Assembly: GCF_006345805.1 (NCBI RefSeq)
Contig: NC_043008.1
Span: 40,982,001 to 41,046,000 of the forward strand
DNA: 64,000 nt
Direction: 5' to 3'
Source: Octopus sinensis
Lineage: Eukaryota
The notes beneath the pieces were generated by a model, which saw only the letters and a list, made by a program, of their open reading frames with translations, was not told where the DNA came from and made no database searches. Position 1 is the stretch's first letter. Each line of letters starts with the position of its first letter. Position numbers and translations under genes: made by a program. Positions 14,091 through 27,260 of this stretch are shown piece after piece.

Positions 14091-14170
14091 TTCTTGTAGG
14101 CCTTTTGAGAAATGGCAGCAATATAATACGTTCGTAATATCTATTCCCTGGCATAAATATCTTAAAGTTT
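14091..14170 (-). CDS. Candidate internal coding exon (80 nt, phase 1 to 0): TLRYLCQGIDITNVLYCCHFSKGLQE
   Basis: Very strong polypyrimidine acceptor ctcttttctttttttatttcctatttctttacaacacAG and consensus donor GTAAGT. Open frame in phase with the exon at 19385-19434. Confidence 0.68.
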
Positions 14171-14244
14171 CTGTGTTGTAAAGAAATAGGAAATAAAAAA
14201 AGAAAAGAGACAATGTTTGCATTACACTTCATTACTCATCACAT

Positions 14245-14248
14245 TCTT

Positions 14249-14280
<32 letters not shown>

Positions 14281-14289
14281 GCTACTACT

Positions 14290-14335
<46 letters not shown>

Positions 14336-14375
14336 TTAATTATAATAATAATAATAATTATTATTATTATAATGG

Positions 14376-14410
<35 letters not shown>

Positions 14411-14473
14411 GTGATGATGAGGAGGTGGAGGAGGACGATGATGATGGGGATGATGATGATGATGATGAGGATG

Positions 14474-14508
<35 letters not shown>

Positions 14509-14546
14509 TGATGATGATGATGATGATGATGATGACGATGATGATC

Positions 14547-14606
<60 letters not shown>

Positions 14607-14782
14607 TAGAAAGCAAACGAAGATGGATCAGAGAAATAGCATGCCTAGCTGAAAAAGAAGAAGAAGAAGAAGAAGAAGAAGAAGAAGAAGAAGAAGAAGA
14701 AGAAGAAGAAGAAGAAGAAGAAGAAGAAGAAGAAGAAGAAGAAGAAGAAGAGAAGAAGAAGAAGAAGAAGAAGAAGAAGAAA
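14245..14782. repeat. Compound (CTA)n(TAA)n(GAT)n(AAT)n(GAA)n tract
   Basis: Seen directly; abuts the candidate exon acceptor on one side and a LINE fragment on the other. Confidence 0.95.
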
Positions 14783-14799
14783 CAACAAAATCTATAAAA

Positions 14800-15335
14800 C
14801 AAATGAAATCCAAACTAAAACTAGAACAGCAACGGACCATGATAAAACGATGGCAAGAAAAGCCCCTTTATGGGAAATACTGGGCTAAACTAAATGCAAA
14901 AGAAACAGAGAAAAATCCTAGCAAAGTTTGAGAAGCTCAAAACTCAAAGTAGAGACGGAGGGATTTTTAATTGCAGCACAAGGCGAAAGCCTCCCCACCA
15001 GAAATTGCCAAAAACATATAAGGAAAAGAAACATAACAAGTAAATGCAGAATATCTGGAGATAGACAAGAAGCAATAAATCATATTATCCCCGGCTGCCC
15101 ACTCCTGGCTAAGAAGGAATATATTCACAGACACGACAGAGTTGGGACATATACTATGGAATAACAAAAGATGGTATAGGCACACTCCAGAGAAGGTCAC
15201 GGATAACGAGAAAGTATCATAATCTGGGATATACAAATACACACAGATAGGGAAATTAATCTCAATAGGCCAGATATAGTTGTCAGAGATCATGAAGAAA
15301 AACATGCTTTGTAATTGAAGTATCTTTCTAATTGA
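14800..15335 (+). mobile_element. R4/Dong-type RLE LINE fragment (zinc knuckle plus start of RLE)
   Basis: LKVETEGFLIAAQ..SKCRISGDRQEAINHIIPGCPLLAKKEYIHRHDRV, then ..NRPDIVVRD (RLE RPD motif). Confidence 0.85.
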
Positions 15336-15391
15336 TGTATTTCTCTACGCAATAATAAATCTCTGAACGAGATATAAACAGTAACTGCACG

Positions 15392-15618
15392 ACAATGTGA
15401 GGTATACTTGCCATCTCAATATGGCTAACCACTAAGGGTAGGTGTTACTGTAGCTTGTAGCCCCAGGAGAACACCGTCTCCAGCTGGCTTTAGGCACACT
15501 GCACACTTTCTGTGTGCTAAAGCCAGCTGGAGACGGTGTTCTCCTGGAGCTACAAGTTACAGTAACACCCACCCTTAGTGGTTAGCCATATTGAGATGGC
15601 AAGTATACCTCACATTGT
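15392..15618. repeat. Long foldback inverted repeat with 102-bp arms
   Basis: 15392-15493 and 15517-15618 are reverse complements with 3 transition mismatches around a 23-nt loop. Confidence 0.92.
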
Positions 15619-16390
15619 ATTCCTATAAATTTTAGTGTTATATTTAGATTTAGTGTACTGTTTTTTTTAAAGGAATTATATTGACACTTTATTCTATGCG
15701 TACATTTCTCAAATACATGTTAACTTCCCATCCTGTCTGATACGCAATATATTATTTGGATCGATGTAATATATCTTAAAATAAAATCAAATGCCACAGC
15801 AGCTCTCCAACAGTTAGAAGATTCTGAAGTGACTCTATACATACGCACAATAGAACACGCGAGTACTATTATTCGAACCTTTTATAAATAAATCCTGATA
15901 ATGCAGTTTATACATTGACAAAATCGCCTAGCTATGCGGTGAAGATTGATTTTTGAAACTTGTGATAATGAATGAGTTTTCAGTGATTTTAATCGCAATC
16001 ATGCTTCAATATAACTGTATATGCCTTTACCAAGCAAATTTCCAAAATGTAGCTTGTCTTTGTTTGCCCATAGCTTTCTTCAGGTCAGCTTCATGTGATT
16101 TTAAGAGCCAACATTCATAGGGAATAAGTAGCTCAAAGGCTACGGAAATCACGAGGAAATTACGGTAAGAATAAGGAAAGTGAAGGAAGTGAAACAATTC
16201 AAATCGTCATTGAAACTGTGTAGCAGATTTGCAAATAGAAATCTAATAGTCAAAGCTTCTTATCTAAACATAATTCCGAACAGTACATAAGGAAAGCGTT
16301 TATATCTTCAGAGCGGACACACATACAATCAGGAACACTGATACACACAAACACACACATACGAATACACATTAATAAATACACGCATAT

Positions 16391-16428
<38 letters not shown>

Positions 16429-16876
16429 GCACATACACGTACACACACATACATATATATACGCTCAAGCGCGCACATGGAAGGAAGCGCACATATAACT
16501 CACACACACAACCCCAACTACACACATACATATACAGTGACAGGCATGTATACATACGCACAGACACATACACGCGCACCACACACACTCAACCGCACGT
16601 ACACAAAAACACACACGCACACGAACGCACATATACCTCCAACAACACACACACAACACACACTCATATATACACACAAGGAATTACACATACACGGGAA
16701 TACACTCATGCACATACACGCACTCACATTCACGTACACACACACGTACACACAGAGGAACACACATATAACTCCAGAAATACAACCTCACACAACCTCA
16801 CGCACACACATACATCAAACCCCCAGTCAAACACCTTTCTACTGACAAATCCCCTACGCTCACGTGAAGAGACAAG

Positions 16877-19067
16877 CAACTAGACAAAAGGCAACCTCTG
16901 CTGTTACCACAAGAGAGAGGCAACTAGACAAAAGGCAACCTCTACTGTTACCACAAGAGAGAGGCAACTAGACAAAAGGCCACCTCTACTGTTACCACAA
17001 GAGAGAGGCAACTAGACAAAAGGCCACCTCTACTGTTACCACAAGAGAGAGGCAACTAGACAAAAGGCCACCTCTACTGTTACCACAAGAGAGAGGCAAC
17101 TAGACAAAAGCCACCTCTACTGTTACCACAAGAGAGAGGCAACTAGACAAAAGGCCACCTCTACTGTTACCACAAGAGAGAGGCAACTAGACAAAAGGCC
17201 ACCTCTACTGTTACCACAAGAGAGAGGCAACTAGACAAAAGGCCACCACTCCTGTTACCACAAGAGAGAGGCAACTAGACAAAAGGCCACCTCTACTGTT
17301 ACCACAAGAGAGAGGCAACTAGACAAAAGGCCACCTCTACTGTTACCACAAGGAGAGAGGCAACTAGACAAAAGGCCACCTCTACTGTTACCACAAGAGA
17401 GAGGCAACTAGACAAAAGGCCACCTCTACTGTTACCACAAGAGAGAGGCAACTAGACAAAAGGCCACCTCTACTGTTACCACAAGAGAGAGGCAACTAGA
17501 CAAAAGGCCACCTCTACTGTTACCACAAGAGAGAGGCAACTAGACAAAAGGCCACCTCTACTGTTACCACAAGAGAGAGGCAACTAGACAAAAGGCCACC
17601 TCTACTGTTACCACAAGAGAGAGGCAACTAGACAAAAGGCCACCTCTACTGTTACCACAAGAGAGAGGCAACTAGACAAAAGGCCACCTCTACTGTTACC
17701 ACAAGAGAGAGGCAACTAGACAAAAGGCCACCACTCCTGTTACCACAAGAGAGAGGCAACTAGACAAAAGGCCACCTCTACTGTTACCACAAGAGAGAGG
17801 CAACTAGACAAAAGGCCACCTCTACTGTTACCACAAGAGAGAGGCAACTAGACAAAAGGCCACCTCTACTGTTACCACCAGAGATAGGCAACTAGACAAA
17901 AGGCCACCTCTACTGTTACCACAAGAGAGAGGCAACTAGACAATAGGCCACCTCTACTGTTACCACAAGAGAGAGGCAAATAGACAAAAGGCCACCTCTA
18001 CTGTTACCACAAGAGAGAGGCAACTAGACAAAAGGCCACCACTCCTGTTACCACAAGAGAGAGGCAACTAGACAAAAGGCCACCTCTACTGTTACCACAA
18101 GAGAGAGGCAACTAGACAAAAGGCCACCTCTACTGTTACCACAAGAGAGAGGCAACTAGACAAAAGGCCACCTCTACTGTTACCACAAGAGAGAGGCAAC
18201 TAGACAAAAGGCCAGCTCTACTGTTACCACAAGAGAGAGGCAACTAGACAAAAGGCCACCTCTACTGTTACCACAAGAGAGAGGCAACTAGACAAAAGGC
18301 CACCTCTACTGTTACCACAAGAGAGAGGCAACTAGACAAAAGGCCACCTCTACTGTTACCACAAGAGAGAGGCAACTAGACAAAAGGCCACCTCTACTGT
18401 TACCACAAGAGAGAGGCAACTAGACAAAAGGCCACCTCTACTGTTACCACAAGAGAGAGGCAACTAGACAAAAGGCCACCTCTACTGTTACCACAAGAGA
18501 GAGGCAACAAGACAAAAGGCCACCTCTACTGTTACCACAAGAGAGAGGCAACTAGACAAAGGGCCACCACTCCTGTTACCACAAGAGAGAGGCAACTAGA
18601 CAAAAGGCCAGCTCTACTGTTACCACAAGAGAGAGGCAACTAGACAAAAGGCCACCTCTACTGTTACCACAAGAGAGAGGCAACTAGACAAAAGGCCACC
18701 TCTACTGTTACCACAAGAGAGAGGCAACTAGACAAAAGGCCACCTCTACTGTTACCACAAGAGAGAGGCAACTAGACAAAAGGCCACCTCTACTGTTACC
18801 ACAAGAGAGAGGCAACTAGACAAAAGGCCACCTCTACTGTTACCACAAGAGAGAGGCAACTAGACAAAAGGCCACCACTCCTGTTACCACAAGAGAGAGG
18901 CAACTAGACAAAAGGCCACCTCTACCTTTACCACAAGAGAGAGGCAACTAGACAAAAGGCCACCTCTACTGTTACCACAAGAGAGAGGCAACTAGACAAA
19001 AGGCCACCTCTACTGTTACCACAAGAGAGAGGCAACTAGACAAAAGGCCACCACTCCTGTTACCACG
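16877..19067. repeat. Minisatellite, about 50 tandem copies of a 44-bp unit GCAACTAGACAAAAGGCCACCTCTACTGTTACCACAAGAGAGAG
   Basis: 44-bp periodicity read directly (e.g. CAACT at 16921 and 16965); near-identical units, no spacers. Confidence 0.97.
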
Positions 19068-19384
19068 CTACTGATTCTTCCTACAACATTAAGAGTCACA
19101 TCATTCACTCAGACATACACATATAAACAACCAGCACCGCACTAACACCAAACACGTAACACATACACATACACACACATAAACACTCACATGCTATTAC
19201 ACACAGACTCATATAGACCTGTGCACATACCCACACATACACACAGATACCTTCTTCTCTAACTCTCTTCTGTCTTAGAAAGAAATTTTTCCTTACTCAT
19301 TCCCTTCCAGTCATTTCAAAATATAACCACGTATGGATCGTTGGCGATTTATTTTCTTCCGTCTTCTTTTCCTCTTAGACTTAC

Positions 19385-19434
19385 TTCCATCTCCTGTTTG
19401 TGACGAAGAGCTTTGCTCAAAATATTGATTGTAC
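19385..19434 (-). CDS. Candidate internal coding exon (50 nt, phase 2 to 1): YNQYFEQSSSSQTGDG(K)
   Basis: Acceptor aaatttcattatAG and consensus donor GTAAGT. An alternative open frame reads TINILSKALRHKQEME. Confidence 0.55.
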
Positions 19435-19544
19435 CTATAATGAAATTTTAGATTGTATATATATATGAATATAGACACTTTAATTGTTCCACCTCCTTGT
19501 GTTGTTTTTTCTGTTTTCTCGTTTGGATTAACCTTATAATATAT

Positions 19545-19595
<51 letters not shown>

Positions 19596-19623
19596 TATAT
19601 ATACATATATATATGTATATATA

Positions 19624-19713
<90 letters not shown>

Positions 19714-20348
19714 TACATATACATATAATGCCTCTGCGAAACTGTAAATTATATATACGCATATATATATATTATGCGTGTGTTTGTGTAAACATATATG
19801 CATACGCACATATATATACACACGCATATGTGTGTGTTTGTGTGTGTGCATTTGCGTGTGATTGTGTGGGGGTGAGATTTGCATATTAATTTAACTGGAA
19901 AGCGGTGTTTATGTATAAAATGAACCTCGATATAACAAATATTATGTAAAGTTTGTAAAACATCAATAAATGTATGGAAATCAGTCAGAGAAGACGACCA
20001 ACACTAGAAACGAGCTTGATATCTTAACCGGATCTGAGATATCCCGAGGGTTATAATTACAACTACCACTGAAACACAGCGCAAAAAATTTCTCTAGACG
20101 CAAACAGCAAATCATAATTTCGATGAGGGAACTAATATCACACTCCAGAGAACGGAAGTATTATTCTCTTGCCACACAACTGGGAACATGTGTAATTTGA
20201 ACAGTGCAGAAAAATACATGATTGAGATGTTTACTTTTCATGCTTTTCGAATGCAAACCGACGTGGCTCTCTGTGAGCACTCTAATTTTTTCACATTGAA
20301 CGTACAGCTGATTTAATCAGGTTTATATTATCGTTAATCGCTAGAAAA

Positions 20349-20760
20349 GCGGTGAGCTGGCAGAATCGTTAGCACGCCGGGCGAAATGCGTAGCCGTATT
20401 TCGTCTGCTGATACGTTCTGAGTTCAAATCCCGTCGAGGTCGACTTTCCCTTTCATCTTCTCGGGGTCGATAAATTAAGTACCAGTTACGCACTGGGATC
20501 GATATAATCGACTTAATCCGTTTGCCTGTCCTTATTTGTCCTCTGTGTGTTTAGCCCCTTGTGGGTAGTGAAGAAATAGGTATTTCGTCTGTCGTTACGT
20601 TCTGAGTTCAAATTCCGTCGAGGTCGACTTTACCTTTTATCCTCTCGGGGTCGATAAATAAAGTACCAGTCTTGCACTGGGTCGATGTAATCGAATTCAT
20701 CCCTTTGTCTGTCCTTGTTTGTCCCCTCTACGTTTAGCCTCTTGTGGGTAGTAAAGAAAT
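20349..20760 (+). mobile_element. SINE family B (tRNA-derived) with duplicated core and tail
   Basis: Head gcggtgagctggcagaatcgttagcacgccgggcgaaatg, core gaggtcgacttt.cctttcatc.ttcggggtcgataaattaagtaccag, repeated twice. Confidence 0.9.
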
Positions 20761-22209
20761 ATATATTATCGTTAATAGCTAGACTGCAGTTGAGGTTTTG
20801 CTGAGATATTCCATACATTAATATTAGCAACATAAAAAATTGTTCACATGGATAAATAAAATATATGTTCAACTTAAATCATTTACCTTTACCGCTATGC
20901 ATTGCGTGTTAGTAATCACTATACTTACAAGTTTTGTAGACAAGTTTAAGTGTTCTAAACACAAATCCGAATGCGTAAAAATATATCTACATATCAATAA
21001 CATATACATATGCTAGATGTTTCCTGATTTGAGTTAATTGCTGTAGCTAGTCTTACACCTAATGCGGAACCGTGTTGTCGATCAAGTCAATGCAAATATT
21101 ATTTGAACTGACAGCATGCGATTGTTTACGTATTGATTTTTATTTAAGGAGGTTTTCATGACTGTCATAAATATAGAGCATATAACGATAGAATTCAGGA
21201 AAGCTAATTTATTTTTAAAATATAGGAAAATACACTTAGTTTTCTGTATTATACTATTATTACTTGAAGTTTTGCTGACACTTCAATATTTAAGAATGAA
21301 ACATTAGTGCTATCGTGGTGGTAGATGTAATTATGTACACACCTGAATTAGCGGATTCCCTGCTATTTCTATTTTCTTCCATTTACATGCACAACAGCAT
21401 TAGGAAATGCATAAACATCAAATTCTACGCATTTTGTCTTCCTTGGAATATTCCGTTTGTCTTTAGAGCTAAGAAGCACAACACTATTTCCCCCAAAAAA
21501 AAGCGGTAAATTGCTGCAGGTGAGCAGCGGAATTGCACCAAGAATATTAGTTAAGCAACTTTCAGTGAATTTAGAACTCTGCAAAATAAAATTCTTCCTC
21601 TCTTTATGTTTCGACAAAGACACAAAATAAATATCAATAATAAATAATAAATATCAATAACAAATATTTCTCGTAATTTAATTTTCCAGTTTCCTTCGCT
21701 AAAATAGGAGTGCTACACTAAATTAGGAAGATGTACTTTTAGGTCAGGAACCGGTTACTGGAAATCCTGTAAGTAAAAATAACCGTAGTATGTTCGACCT
21801 GCTATTGACTAAATTCTCTCTCCCACAGATATTGCTGGATGGCAACATTCATATCGGAAAACGAAACATGTCATAACAGATCAAATGAACTCAGGAGAAA
21901 CATCGATCATTCCCGACCGATTGTGTAGTCTATGGAAAAATTTGAAATGGTGGAATTTGGTATACTTTTCATACTTCATGTACATAGCCCATTCTAATGG
22001 TCAGATGAAAATATAATTAGTAGATACCAAAACGATTCGCACTCCTGACCAAATGTTATAAGTGACTAGACGATTAATTTGGCAGTTAACAAAATAATCA
22101 AATATATATTGCTTCTATGAAACTTCACAGCTGTACACAGAGTACTAAGTAGGTGAGAGATAGTTTTTTTATATACATTATAAAATTTAACTATAAATAT
22201 TAATCCTTT

Positions 22210-22598
22210 CTACAATAGGCACAATGCCTGAAATTTGGGAGGATGAGACTAGTCGATTACATCGAGCCTAGTGCGTAACTGGTACCTAATTTATCGACCC
22301 TGAAAGGATGAAAAGCAAAGTCGACCTCAGCAGAATTTAAACGCAGAACGTAGTGATAGGCGAAATACCTATTTCTTTACTACCCACTAGGGGCTAAACA
22401 CAGAGAGGACAAACAAGGACAGATAACCGGATTAAGTCGATTATATCGACCCCATTGCGTAACTGGTACTTATTTAATCGACCCCGAAAGGATAAAAAGC
22501 AAAGTCGACCTCGGCGGAATTTGAACTCAAAACGTAGCGGCAGACGAAATACCGCTAAGCATTCCGCTCGGCGTGCTAACGTTTCTGCCAGCTCACCA
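22210..22598 (-). mobile_element. SINE family B with duplicated core
   Basis: Reverse complement of the same head and core; two core copies. Confidence 0.88.
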
Positions 22599-23271
22599 TT
22601 TTAACAAAATATTAATTATAAATTGTTTTTAATTCTACCTAAACAAATATGTAGGGATGATATATATCTACCACACTGTCCTCGTACATGGTATGAAATA
22701 TGCAGTAACGGAGAGTGACGTATGAAGAATTAGAGGAAAACATGTTTGCACCCACGCAGCTTCAAGCATTTCGGACTCATAAGTCAATATGCTTTATTCT
22801 ACCAAATAAATAAATTGGATCTTATTTTCGTTATACTTCAATTATTGTATAAATGATAACAGTGGAATACTTATATTTGATATATCCGCTGGAAGTTAAA
22901 TTTTAACGAGCTGAAGCTTCAACATTTTATGGTTGTGTATGGAGACTGTAATGGACATTTGAAAAATATTTAGACATTCATAAAATAGATTTAATAAATT
23001 CTGAAATCGGGAAATTTGAAATAAAATTATTCTCGTATATAACCTGCAATTTAAAATTAATATAAATCTTTTAAATTTAAGTAGAATAAATAACTATAGC
23101 TATCTTTCTACTACTGAAATGTTTAAGTAGCCATTAACCATCTCAGGACAAGCAAGGGAGGATGAGATTACGCGTCACGATTGTTTACAGATGCTAATAT
23201 ACATTCACACACACACACACACGACCGCGATCTCTCATATATACACACACACACACACCACACACACACAC

Positions 23272-23319
<48 letters not shown>

Positions 23320-23425
23320 TTTTACATATATGTGTATATGTATATGTGTGTATATAGATGGGTGATTGCATATATATATATATATATATACATACATATA
23401 TATACATATATATATATATATATGC

Positions 23426-23475
<50 letters not shown>

Positions 23476-24764
23476 CACATAAGTGTATGCATATACATGA
23501 ATATACCTATATGTGTCTGTTCTCGTTAAATCAATGGTGTTATTGCGTGGGCAGATGTAAGTAATCAATATTTTGAAGGAAATAATAAAATAACTTTTTA
23601 TTATATTTTCATTTTTAAACAAAATTGGTGGAGCGTTCCTAAAATTCGGTTAATTTGAAAAATTCCATCAAAGGATTATTTGTAATCTCTCTGAAATAAT
23701 ATATGGGTTCCGATTGGTTAGACAGTTATACTGACACAATTTATTTATATGGAGTCGTTTTTTTTTTCTTCTTTCCCTGTGCATTGTTGATGGAGTATTT
23801 GTTGATTTAGGATGAAAATAAAACAGGGCAACAGACAATATAATAGTGAAATAGATTTATATTATCAGCAGAGATCAATAAAATTTTCCTATTAAGTTCG
23901 GGCCTGGTCACAATCATCGACATTCGTACCAATATCATCGCCATCATCAAAATCAACCCCTACTATCACCACTACTATCATCATCATTTGCATCATCATT
24001 ATCATTGTTGTCGTCGTCATCATCATCATCATCATCATCATCATAATTATTGTCATCACTGCCGCCCTCGTCGTCTTCTTCTACATCGTTGCCATCGTGG
24101 TCATCAACACCATCACTATATCTTTCATACTTCCTATTTATTCTTGCCTTTTTTTTCTGCTTCCCTTCATCGCATCCTCCTGTCTCGACTTCTTCACCTT
24201 CGACATATTTTGATGAAAAATATCTTAAAATACTTCTCGTCTCCGCCATTAGTGAAGTCCTGATATCAGTATGACTCTCGCCCCTTCACTCAATATTCAT
24301 AGATCATAGACTGTTTCTCTCCCTGTTCGTCTCTCTATTACTCCCTTCCCAAGCTCTCATTATTGTGTCACCGATAATGCAAAGTCTGAGTAATCTAATT
24401 CAATTATATCCGTTTTATTTTATTTATCAAACTTGAACGCAATATTTTCCAATGAACTCGATGCCTTTCAACCATCGAACTTGTTTTTGTTATTTGTGAT
24501 TTATTTCAATTTCTCATACATTCAGATTTCTAGCCGGTGGCTTTTACTGAGGGGATAAAACACAGTCGAAACATAACGTGTCAGAGTCTGCTACATGAAA
24601 AATTCGCGTTTCCTGTCAACATGCACGGTGCAGAAACAGTTGTTTACGGCAAGCAAAATTCTGGTATTTACAGTCTTTGCAATATTCGGACAATTTTCTT
24701 TTGACATCATTAAGTTTCTTAGATTCTGATATACTCCTCAAGTTTCGTTTCTATTCCTGTAGCT

Positions 24765-25100
24765 CATCATCATCATAATTGTTCGACCGTGGTCGAGACA
24801 ATGGAATTTACCATGCTACGCCAGACTTCACCGTCCATCATGGCATTACGGAGGTCCTGTTGCTGGATGCCTGTATCCCTGGAAATTACATCAGGGTAGG
24901 AGAGTGTGCGCCCTCTGGTATTGCGAGTAGATTGCTTCCAGAGGAGAAGAGTAGAACTTACCTCTTTTTCAGCTCTACAACAATGTCCAGCAAACTGGAC
25001 TCTCTTACCTTTCACAAGAGATGACACAGGTGGTAGTTTCCCATATATTTGCATTTTGGTTGGATGGCGCTTCCACGAGAGATTTTGAGCTCTCATAAGG
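24765..25100 (-). mobile_element. RTE-clade LINE 3' end
   Basis: ORF ..SWKRHPTKMQIYGKLPPVS..RVQFAGHCCRAEKE..LLLW..GRTLSYPDVISRDTG..WRSMV, followed by an (ATG)n tail. Confidence 0.85.
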
Positions 25101-25994
25101 AGAGCTAGTACTCATCCTGTAGCTAGTACTCAGTGATATTCTAATTTTCGTAGATATATATAGCTTACACATTTTTTCAACGTTTTAATATATGGTTTAT
25201 TTGATAAATAAACCGTAAGCACGCTAGGCAAAATGTTTAGCGTCAGCTAGTCGATCGTTGCGTCCCCCCGCTGTAGACCTTGCCATTCATCAATCGAGGG
25301 CAATAAAATAAGTATCATTTGGGCACTGGAATCGATGTCATCGACTAGAACCCCCACCTCCAAACAGGTAGACCTGTGCCAAAATGTGAAATCATTACGA
25401 TGATTATTACTATATAAGCGCATCCGTTTACCAAATTTGTAGCCTTGAAACTAATTCCTAATTAATTTTTCCTTCTTTTCTAATATATTCATTCAGAAGT
25501 TTTTAGTTGCAATATTATAAAACTTTTAATCAATTATCCGAAACATCCTAATAATGTTTCCCTTTTTGCTTGCGTATAATTTCACAACTAATCCTGATTT
25601 GCCTAAAACTGGATATTTATAATCAATTTTAAATATTTATCTCATTTTTGTTTGTCTTGAAATATATGCCAATATGCAATCTTAGAATTGTGCCACTAAT
25701 CCTATCAAAATCCTAAAATAACAATGATAATGAAAAGAGTTATAAAATAAAATTAATCGGGCCAAATTAGCCAAATATTTTCATATGATATATATATATA
25801 TATATATGCCTTAAGCAATTTCCAACCGAATTAAGCGCTGATCAATAAATTTCTGCGACAAATAGCAATACCATAAGCATATTTGGCTTCAAACTTACTT
25901 AGTATATATTGCTTTTTTTTATAGATCTGTGTATAACGCAATTTTATAATTACATACTGTCAACATATCTTCATTGTCTTTGTTGTTGTTGTTG

Positions 25995-26093
<99 letters not shown>

Positions 26094-26154
26094 CATCATC
26101 ATTATTATTATCATTATTATTATTATTGCTGTTGTTGTTATTAAGCAAGTCATG

Positions 26155-26670
26155 AGCTGGCAGAATTGTTAGCAAGCCGGACAAAATGCATCGTGGCATT
26201 TCGCCCGTCACTTCGTTGTGAGTTCGAATTCCGCAAAAGGTCGATATTACCGTTCTTCCTTTCGGGGCCGCTAAATTAAGTGCCATTTGCGTACAGGAGT
26301 CGATCTAATTGACTATTCCTCATCCCCAAAATTACAAATAGTGTACCTATAGCACAATTTATTATCAATATTACTGTCAAGAAGGTACCGAGACTGCAGA
26401 ATCGTTAGCAAGCTTGACGTAATGCTTGATGTATTTTCTCCCATGGCTACGTTCCGAGTTCAAATTCCGTCGAGGTCGACTTTGATCTCATAATATCGAG
26501 TTCTCATTCTTTTGTTGTCATTTTATTATAATTAGTAAAGAAATAGGTAGTAAATTAGACTTTGCCTTTCTTTATTTTAGGGTCGATAAATTAAGTACCA
26601 ATTAAGTATTGGGGTTGACATAATCGATTTACCCCAACCCCAAAATTTCAGGGTCTATTCCTATAGTAGA
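26155..26670 (+). mobile_element. Two adjacent diverged SINE family B copies
   Basis: Heads at about 26155 and 26390; cores aggtcga..ttc..ttcgggg..taaattaagt. Confidence 0.75.
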
Positions 26671-26722
26671 AAGAATTATTATCATTGTTATCATCATCGT
26701 TATTGCTGGTCAAATGAATGCA

Positions 26723-26943
26723 TACTCATTTACTCATTTACTTGTTTCAATCATTTGACTGCGGCCATGCTGGAACACCGCCTTTAATCGAGCAACTCGA
26801 GCCCGGGACTTATTCTTTTGTAAGCCCAGTACTTATTCTATCGGTCTCTTTTGCCGAACCACTAAGTAACGGAGACATGAACACACCAGCATCGGTTGTC
26901 AAGCAATGCTAGGGGGACAAACACAGACACACAAACACAGACA

Positions 26944-27001
<58 letters not shown>

Positions 27002-27164
27002 TACGACGGGCTTCTTTCAGTTTCCGTCTACCAAATCCACTCACAAGGCTTTGGTCGGGGCCCGAGGCTGTAGTAGAAGACACTTGCCCAAGGTGCCAGG
27101 CAGTGGGACTGAACCCGGAACCATGTGGTTGGTAAACAAGCTACTTACCACACAGCCACTCCTG
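26723..27164 (-). mobile_element. SINE family A, full length
   Basis: Well-preserved head, core, internal (TA)n and tail ending ..tcagtc/aaacaagtaaatgagta. Confidence 0.9.
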
Positions 27165-27215
27165 TGGGGCGCTTATTGTATCTTCTAAACTCTGCTTTTT
27201 ACAACTACTACTTAC

Positions 27216-27260
27216 ATGAGTATAAGAACAAGTTTCTGAAAACCTGAATGTACTTCCCAA
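27216..27260 (-). CDS. Candidate internal coding exon (45 nt, phase 2 to 2): WEVHSGFQKLVLIL(M)
   Basis: Acceptor gaatgctttgtttcAG and consensus donor GTAAGT. All three frames are open; the frame was chosen by phase of the neighbouring exons. Confidence 0.6.

Noticed and set aside
16877-19067. CRISPR array or repeat-protein CDS
   Set aside because: Head-to-tail identical units with no unique spacers, no cas genes and a eukaryotic context; the 44-bp unit breaks frame and contains TAG.
19960-20230. Third Penelope GIY-YIG fragment
   Set aside because: Similarity too degraded to support without a profile search.
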